DNA of 64,000 nucleotides from Kiritimatiellia bacterium (GTDB lineage Bacteria; Verrucomicrobiota; Kiritimatiellia; RFP12; UBA1067): NCBI GenBank assembly GCA_045599105.1, contig JAZRVL010000041.1, positions 4,295 to 68,294 of the forward strand, read 5' to 3'. Shown piece by piece: positions 59,901 to 64,000 of this stretch (position 1 is its first letter; each line of letters starts with the position of its first letter). The notes under the pieces were generated by a model. It saw only the letters and a program-made list of their open reading frames with translations, ran no database searches and was not told where the DNA came from. The position numbers and the translations under genes were made by a program.

Positions 59901-60426
59901 GCGGCGGAAGCTCGAATTCGACTTTTACCACAAACTTCTTCGCCGCTTCGAGTTTTCCGTTCGTGTAGCGGAACGGGATTACGCGGACGGGCACGAAGGC
60001 CTTGCCGGCCATACGCTGGATGCCGAAAGCGGCAATCGGCGATTCGGGATAGGATGCGTACAAGTCGGGATTTGGCTCGGCGAACGGGATTTCTTGGGGC
60101 TCATCGCACACCACCAACGGCTGGATTGGCACGAGCTTGATATCCTCGCCCAGCGTAACCCACTCCGCCTCATAGGTTACTTTCAGGAGTTTCGCATTTT
60201 TTGGAGCGTCGATGCGCACAACGGTCGTCAAAAGCTCCGGCGCTCCAGCTGGCTCGGGAATCGCCTCCAGCCCCGCGCAGTCAATGGCCACGTATCCATC
60301 ATAACCGCTCGGGACAATCTTCGCCGTGGAATAGTCAGCGGGCAAAGTGTAAGTGATGGTTTCTATTCCACCAAAAGCCCAGCTTGCGATGAGCGAAAAT
60401 ACAACAACTGCGAATTGTTTTTTCAT
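53944..60426 (-). CDS. giant (~2160 aa) secreted gingipain(C25)-like peptidase-domain protein with beta-helix-like repeats and two discoidin(F5/8 type C)-like modules
   Basis: Track ORF runs to 60498, which lies inside the -35 box; I use ATG 60426 with AGGAG upstream. It has signal peptide MKKQFAVVVFSLIASWAFG and GIETITYTLP. The core shows DYILIAPKNYFNLWKWY, AASHGSQ (His ~58807-58809) and YYPCLMS (Cys ~58711-58713). Discoidin-like modules lie at ~56140-56660 (FRIDASYDGVTYYTI) and ~54370-54730 (WDMEVSEDDVNYVLV). Confidence 0.6.
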   Translation of the reverse strand: MKKQFAVVVFSLIASWAFGGIETITYTLPADYSTAKIVPSGYDGYVAIDCAGLEAIPEPAGAPELLTTVVRIDAPKNAKLLKVTYEAEWVTLGEDIKLVPIQPLVVCDEPQEIPFAEPNPDLYASYPESPIAAFGIQRMAGKAFVPVRVIPFRYTNGKLEAAKKFVVKVEFELPPPLMSNMSLNPAHEVTAGEEYVKTDPNQPDYILIAPKNYFNLWKWYVDERQKDHPEKVMLAKNFADILNDFPVNTDDDTKGYYARNDAERLHAYIRQEAKKGTHYFVLAGSWYDAHGCPEWGSVTTIKKELTVTTPEAQYRTNADWGIPGVYTIPRNDMGSWFEAAFKPVPTDVFYACCDLPKGAKYPWDYGSFDNADAKGDDIYCNEPDDRIDLMPDVVVSRIGFICGLDWRDDRYNWTMEKLVKAYLAKVRRVEAKDFPGRNRFAGGSFKFTQERSISDGETIRDEMEFYAGQNNYFDKNATSTWMDCDYVVSLLLKDWYTRYFPAVKTEHISSYLTPPGETSFDSAVKHLHEQDWEVSMAASHGSQGGSASMVYINEYAQKMKGISKVFLAYYPCLMSYPDWTPNQNKSGTHKISHNMSMIENPDGGAAFACGNTRSSWGGGLIRRDASHGDGLGMKLGGYFVKAYVRDHLNPGDAWLKMIQSYSTGNIGWSTGRWILIEDMAMGDPMLETHGPENYTWTGATSGTDVWNLSAANWSHIDEHSGETIAGKYDHAGKATIITEGDLSLTVSDTLGAIKLVVDQPEGATFKLTGEGAVRVATNMIVSNGNVTFGVGGGVGHEGIEFVNGKGNIRFEGDEKFYLAKIKNGGTVTFAGSNGLLDLRNFYYSFIQNDDNTITTDRVNEKTIDITGIAFDGSGTGNTIRSDDPGVLTAYLPTTIENHHVRFETYNGFEGAKAAEKTLEIVNGGLTISTNPNYGLAENKCFEAIDIPLTLNNSTFNVERVTTFTFGRNADSEQEITVQGTSAITSTSNGHIGLYGTTTVNLTEGSELTISAPMDDRGNGKLIFIGSGSLVVDSALSLIGDVEIGDGITVTFKSLPLPNVTKLTIGDGAHIVLPRSSTGSYQITPIMGSRLEVGENVTFYNGSLENPIQNCIANTNGSLFDPSSVLSWLGGGENKWSGKTWFSGNTQTTFIDNSGALFADTTGGGVPVQSREVNVDGMYVGKFMQFSNTQPYTLTGTTDNALLAFGTMTVGGDATFKDLELSVSGGIDLMSGKLEASNLNTEEVRVYEGATLGTEKTGFTFDKIRFIRIYFLNHLNNEPDKTKEHRVRMEEIYFNYKDENGGDHTIRDYDISSASVSGCWVNTSSLTLSGLGVLFDGVDAHKSACNSEKQYSAELVANAETGLEDMAAGKVYLQVNLKYPLPMLTSFGVHSSQRTFANKEMTHAYRPTRFRIDASYDGVTYYTIMPDFGNTEIGGDMPAYYGGWVGFSSTAFPCTYQGSHPSVIDVSNGGSLMAMGAQNATIKLNEGAILKAVDGKAMDATNVEEWNFPEAPIKVDTSALTLSTTPQPIIENAAWTLADIRKFETLDPYASLRLSDDGTLSVVSGDNMSGPYMRTLNGNCNWDDFDWAEGYGWMYNTDNIDEDGNEVFTPFTKKWSENKLDASEDVLLFAEKATELTLDCDVICYTFGANTASNGCNNITIKSDGVHTITAATLDFSGFTCDFVYEPNCGSAHVIAGQSLRLTGTGTGILEVGEGNTVTLTQPWQGTIVGNGKVILDPGEGNEWTDLGILNCNTTSTITLNSGFMKIIEGTEVTVNRIVCADGAKFINSPTNESWVFEGKNVEIQSGGELVFEINDSNWGTHIDFTKVSGNGSIVYENKTGSALTTLGKKIPGTMTVVMRDGVYNLVSPSDLEVAVNAARIVVSEGAQFSADSVGNTDGQYKYLRMKFYNPPDKTLNIVEIGVKRNNQFQNLKDSTVTCNNGGSNLDLLKDDTNPFWQMVEMFQSYATLPGNAVVTIALTSPLPMFSAYSIGAAYSSYCPTSWDMEVSEDDVNYVLVSSISNTAAGQWGWMGGGNSGAFRASKPADLTIAKGGALSAKGNLETIVKFEDGAIIKPDANQTMTLVGNSDLILPEEGTVTIDVRNLTVGSNAVIDLIKGKEFTEADLAKFTVLADGTGYRLVLGDDGSLKLTRTHFAPKIIVK

Positions 60427-60469
60427 AATTTCTCCTACTCCTGTGCCTATAACACAAATATTGTTCTGA

Positions 60470-60498
60470 ATTATACGTTTTCTTCCGCGATAAGTCAA
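60470..60498 (-). promoter_or_regulatory. near-consensus sigma70 promoter TTGACT-17 nt-TATAAT driving the giant-protein gene train
   Basis: The minus strand reads TTGACTtatcgcggaagaaaacgTATAAT (60498-60470). It lies about 37-44 nt upstream of ATG 60426. Confidence 0.55.
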
Positions 60499-60584
60499 CT
60501 ATGGCTTAAACCAATCAGCTCGTTCGCCCATGCGACGGCTTCGGCGGCAGTCGGCAGGACCGCGCCAATGTCGCATTACAAGAT

Positions 60585-62096
60585 TCATTTCACATTTCGG
60601 AAATCAGGAAAGCATCCATCGCGAAAGTTCGGCTTGACGAGCTTCGAAAGCGCCGCTGCAACGCGCATCGCCGTCAAATCGTCGTAGGTATTACCGACGA
60701 CCTGTACACCAAGTGGCACATTGCGACTCGAAAACGCAACTGGCACGGATACAACCGGATAGTTGTTTAGCAGATTGAACGGTGGCGTCAAGCAAAAGTC
60801 AATCCCATTATACGGCTTACCGTTCACATCCGCGAGCTTGTCCGGTGTTGATTCAATATCGGCTGGCACGTGCGCTGTTAAGAGTGTCGGCATAATAAGC
60901 GCAAGGCAGCCCTTGCGAAAGACTTCATCCTGTAGCTCGGTGTGAAGCTTGCTTTGAAGCTCATGCGCCGCTATGACCGCCTGCGGCCCTGTCTTGTCCG
61001 CATGATCGCAAAACGCACTCAAGTAGGGGCAGATGAGTTCGCGAAACTGCTGATAGACTGGAACGATAGCGTAGACATCGTCCGTCATGATTCCAGCAAT
61101 ATAAGTTAGCATAATCTCGCGCGACTTCCAGCCGAGTTCCACCTTGACGACCTCCACTCCCGCGCACTCAAGGAGCTTTACCGTCTCGTCCATTGCTTTG
61201 ACGACATCGACGTCGCATCCGCCCATCACCCAGTCCTCCATATACGCGACCGCCACCTTCTTTGCTTTGATTGGCGCATAGTCGGCTGGATAGTCGAGTT
61301 TTGGACGAAGTGAGTTATATACGGTATCGCTCGGACCGCACATAATATCTTGCATGAGCACCATATCGCCAAAGGTGCGTGCAAGCGGGCCATTACTCAT
61401 ATACGTACTTTCGCAGCACGGCACACGCCCAAACGGCGGTTTGAAGCCGTAGACGCCGCACATTGATGCAGGAATGCGAATTGACCCTCCCATATCCGAA
61501 CCTGTCGCAAGCGTGCAAAAACCCGACGCGAGCGACGCGGCGCTTCCGCCCGACGAACCGCCCGTGCCGTAGGGTAAGTTCCATGGATTGCGCGTTACGC
61601 CATAAAGCCGGCTCCACGTCATACAACTCGCACAGAACTCTGGCACCGTCGTCTGAAAAATGAAAATCGCCCCTTCCGCACGAAGCCGAGCGACAAAATC
61701 ATCATCATGGTCGGAGGGCTCCTTGTCCTTTAGAATGAGCGACCCCGAGTCCGTCCGCCAGCCCTTGACACTGCAGTCGTCCTTGATGCCGACTGTCACG
61801 CCCTCCAATCGCCGCGCCGTGCCATTACGATAACGCGCTTCCGCCTCCTTCGCGAGTTTTCGCGCCTCGGCGAAGTTGTCGAAGGTAATGGCGTTCACTT
61901 TGCTATTAAATTCCTTCACTCGCGAAATCTGTGCCTCCAAGACGTCCGATGGTGTGATTACCCCCGCCTTGAATAGCTCAAGCTGCATCGTCGCTGGCAT
62001 ATACGATAGCTCCTCGCGCGAAAACTTTCGCTCCGCGCTCGCCATCACCCCCATTGCAATTAGCGCGATAATAACAGTTACTTTGATTTTATTCAT
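60585..62096 (-). CDS. secreted amidase-signature family amidase
   Basis: GTGGSSGGSAASLASG is the amidase signature. The signal peptide MNKIKVTVIIALIAMGVMASA starts at ATG 62096, so the track's 42-codon N-terminal extension is unlikely. It overlaps the upstream stop by 8 nt. Confidence 0.8.
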   Translation of the reverse strand: MNKIKVTVIIALIAMGVMASAERKFSREELSYMPATMQLELFKAGVITPSDVLEAQISRVKEFNSKVNAITFDNFAEARKLAKEAEARYRNGTARRLEGVTVGIKDDCSVKGWRTDSGSLILKDKEPSDHDDDFVARLRAEGAIFIFQTTVPEFCASCMTWSRLYGVTRNPWNLPYGTGGSSGGSAASLASGFCTLATGSDMGGSIRIPASMCGVYGFKPPFGRVPCCESTYMSNGPLARTFGDMVLMQDIMCGPSDTVYNSLRPKLDYPADYAPIKAKKVAVAYMEDWVMGGCDVDVVKAMDETVKLLECAGVEVVKVELGWKSREIMLTYIAGIMTDDVYAIVPVYQQFRELICPYLSAFCDHADKTGPQAVIAAHELQSKLHTELQDEVFRKGCLALIMPTLLTAHVPADIESTPDKLADVNGKPYNGIDFCLTPPFNLLNNYPVVSVPVAFSSRNVPLGVQVVGNTYDDLTAMRVAAALSKLVKPNFRDGCFPDFRNVK

Positions 62097-63771
62097 TTTT
62101 GCTTCTCCAATAGTCCATGAAATGCGGCTGAAGAATCTTGCGCTGTTCGCCCTTGGGATCAGAGACGACCCTCGTTGATAAGTCGTCCCCGTAAACCATC
62201 GTCTGACGGCGCACCGCGTCATACTGCGGCCAAGCGACTCCCTCTATGCTCGGATCACCCGTGCGAGCAAAAGATGCAAACGCCCGCGAGAACTTCCGTG
62301 CGAGAGTTGGCTTGATGGGCCCGTCGCCTGTATCTTTCAAATTGTAAAAGCAATACTGCAACTCGCAAGCGTGGGCGGCTTTCATCCACGGATAATCCGC
62401 ATTCTCAAGGCCTTTCTCAAATAGATACATGTAGGTCTTGCCCGTTCCCGGCGCATTTGCGTGGTCTTCGGCCATGCGAATCGAGCCCAAACGAAACCAA
62501 AGCTCGGTAAGTAGCTCGGTATCGCGCCAGATATTCGGATACTTCGCATCCATCGCGTCTCGCTCGCGCGGTGCAATCTTGAGAAACGCATCAACATCGT
62601 CAGCGTACGGCCCGTACGACTCCTTCGTCGACTTTACCTTTTCGTCAAGCCATGCGCGGTAACCAGCAAGTGGATTATCAGGTTGGCCATCGTCGACTTG
62701 GAGATAGGCCCAATAGCGCATTTCGTCGGCGACCGTACCAATCATCACGTCAACATCCTTTGATGCGCCATCCTTAAGCGCTTGAAATGGATTCTCCGGA
62801 ATTGGACTTCGTCCGCCGCGCATCGGCCAATTGTTCAAATCGGAAACTCGGCTGTCCACGCCCTCCAAGCTCTCCTTTTCGCAATCGGCAAACATAATCT
62901 TCAATAGCTCCTGCTCGGAAAGCGCCATCAAACCCGCCATATCGCATTTACCCGCCGCCTTGAGGAGCAACTGCGCTTGATCGCGGCTGTCCAACATCTT
63001 CTGAGAGCAAGTAAGATCCAGTGCACCGGACATGACGATAGCACGATGGAAAAGCCCCTTCGAGCTTGGCATAACCAGATGACAACTCACACTACCACCG
63101 CCCGCCGATTCACCAAAGATTGTCACATTCTTAGGATCTCCACCAAAGCCCGCAATATTCTCCTGTACCCACCGAAGAGCCATTTGCTGGTCAAGTAGTC
63201 CCAGTATCGGCGCGTCGGGAAACGCCTCCCCTCCTGGCACCTTTGCAAAGTCGATAAACCCCATGAAGTTGACACGATAGTTCATTGTTACCAAGACAAT
63301 ATCGGGGTTTTCAACGACGAACGGAAGTCCATCGTACAGCGGATCGGACGAGCCGCCCCAACCATACGAGCCACCGTGAATAAAGACCATCACTGGACGG
63401 CCCTTCTTAGCCAAATCGGCCGTCCAAATATTGAGCGTCAGACAATCTTCGCTCTTTTCGCGCTTTGATGCCGCCTCGCCCTTGTCGATGCTCTGAATGG
63501 CCGAAAACCCAAACTTCTTCGCCTCCTTGCGAGCACTGTTCGCATCCGCCGCTACTGGCGCCTTCCAGCGCAGTTCTCCGATTGGCGGCTTGGCGTAGGC
63601 AATCCCTTTAAACGAGACAATTTGAGTTTCAGCATCGCGTTCGCCAACAAACACGCCGTTATGACACTTCACCTCGACTTCGTTCGAAATAGGCTCAGCG
63701 GGGCAACAACCCGCAACGAACACGCCAATAAAACATACTACACCCAACACAAAACACATCTTCCACAGCAC
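62089..63771 (-). CDS. type-B carboxylesterase/lipase family lipoprotein
   Basis: A lipobox-like VFVAGC, IHGGSYGWG and the nucleophile elbow FGESAGG are present. Confidence 0.85.
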   Translation of the reverse strand: MLWKMCFVLGVVCFIGVFVAGCCPAEPISNEVEVKCHNGVFVGERDAETQIVSFKGIAYAKPPIGELRWKAPVAADANSARKEAKKFGFSAIQSIDKGEAASKREKSEDCLTLNIWTADLAKKGRPVMVFIHGGSYGWGGSSDPLYDGLPFVVENPDIVLVTMNYRVNFMGFIDFAKVPGGEAFPDAPILGLLDQQMALRWVQENIAGFGGDPKNVTIFGESAGGGSVSCHLVMPSSKGLFHRAIVMSGALDLTCSQKMLDSRDQAQLLLKAAGKCDMAGLMALSEQELLKIMFADCEKESLEGVDSRVSDLNNWPMRGGRSPIPENPFQALKDGASKDVDVMIGTVADEMRYWAYLQVDDGQPDNPLAGYRAWLDEKVKSTKESYGPYADDVDAFLKIAPRERDAMDAKYPNIWRDTELLTELWFRLGSIRMAEDHANAPGTGKTYMYLFEKGLENADYPWMKAAHACELQYCFYNLKDTGDGPIKPTLARKFSRAFASFARTGDPSIEGVAWPQYDAVRRQTMVYGDDLSTRVVSDPKGEQRKILQPHFMDYWRSKNE

Positions 63772-63786
63772 GGTAGTAAGCCGTTA

Positions 63787-64000
63787 TTAGAAATTATCGG
63801 CCTGGAGCTGGAAATAAGCGCGTGGATGGTCGCAAACTGGGCACTTTTCGGGAGCTTCTTTGCCCTCGACAATAGCCCCGCAGTTGCGGCACTGCCACTT
63901 GTTCTCGCCAATACGGACCCAAATCTCGCCCGTTTCAATGTTTTTGGCAAGTTTGCGATAACGCTCCTCGTGATGCGCCTCAACCTCGGCGACTTTGCGG
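63787..64000 (-). CDS. rubrerythrin, C-terminal part (5' end outside the window)
   Basis: Not in the ORF track. My translation: ...RKVAEVEAHHEERYRKLAKNIETGEIWVRIGENKWQCRNCGAIVEGKEAPEKCPVCDHPRAYFQLQADNF*. It has a rubredoxin-like CxxC...CxxC tail. Confidence 0.75.
   Translation of the reverse strand, partial: RKVAEVEAHHEERYRKLAKNIETGEIWVRIGENKWQCRNCGAIVEGKEAPEKCPVCDHPRAYFQLQADNF

Noticed and set aside
60499-60584. Stem atgcgac...gtcgcat downstream of the amidase gene as an intrinsic terminator
   Set aside because: The stem is 7 bp with a ~35-nt loop and no U-run follows it, so it is not convincing as a terminator.
54766-60687. Plus-strand ORFs of 261, 317 and 376 aa (54766-55551, 58039-58992, 59557-60687)
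   Set aside because: All are antisense to giant protein 2, Arg-rich and without motifs. The last one crosses the promoter region.
63738-63983. 81-aa minus-strand ORF from the track
   Set aside because: A different minus-strand frame (63787 to beyond 64000) translates to a textbook rubrerythrin C-terminus with a CxxC...CxxC rubredoxin tail. The 81-aa ORF is its out-of-frame shadow.

Overview
The window is almost entirely coding and most genes lie on the minus strand. Spot counts of single 60-nt lines put the backbone near 50% GC. Domain calls rest on motifs I read in the translations, with no database search. The prepilin-type N-terminus (GFTLVELLVVIGILGIL), a PEP-CTERM tail and many giant secreted proteins suggest a PVC-superphylum bacterium (Lentisphaerota- or Verrucomicrobiota-like), at low confidence.

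Region 1-31.2 kb is core genome: an amidohydrolase, a U32 peptidase, dinB, and a long operon (aldo/keto reductase, Fe-S protein, purE, UDP-glucuronate decarboxylase, an AICARFT-only purH-like gene, an MMPL-acyltransferase fusion). It continues with glgP, an envelope cluster (LolA-like, TPR, lspA), a DksA-like and a GreA-like factor, gluQ, priA, a pseudopilin and rpmI-rplT.

Region 31.4-60.5 kb is a compositionally mosaic accessory region with two unusual loci.

1. 31.4-38.7 kb is a restriction/defence-like operon. It has a T5orf172/GIY-YIG-like nuclease-SF2 helicase, an Eco57I-type N6-adenine methyltransferase and a second methyltransferase-fold protein with a degenerate catalytic motif. It is interleaved with two RayT-like HUH (Y1) proteins, a fully overlapping antisense ORF pair and a ~165-nt hairpin element.

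2. 38.7-60.5 kb is a 21.7-kb co-directional gene train behind one near-consensus promoter. Two giant gingipain(C25)-like paralogues bracket a DUF3791-DUF3990(PARP-like)-DUF3791-Fic cassette. A GC-rich tandem C69 peptidase whose second copy lacks the nucleophile Cys ends the train.

Region 60.6-64 kb encodes a secreted amidase, a carboxylesterase and a partial rubrerythrin. I recognised no rRNA, tRNA or CRISPR array.
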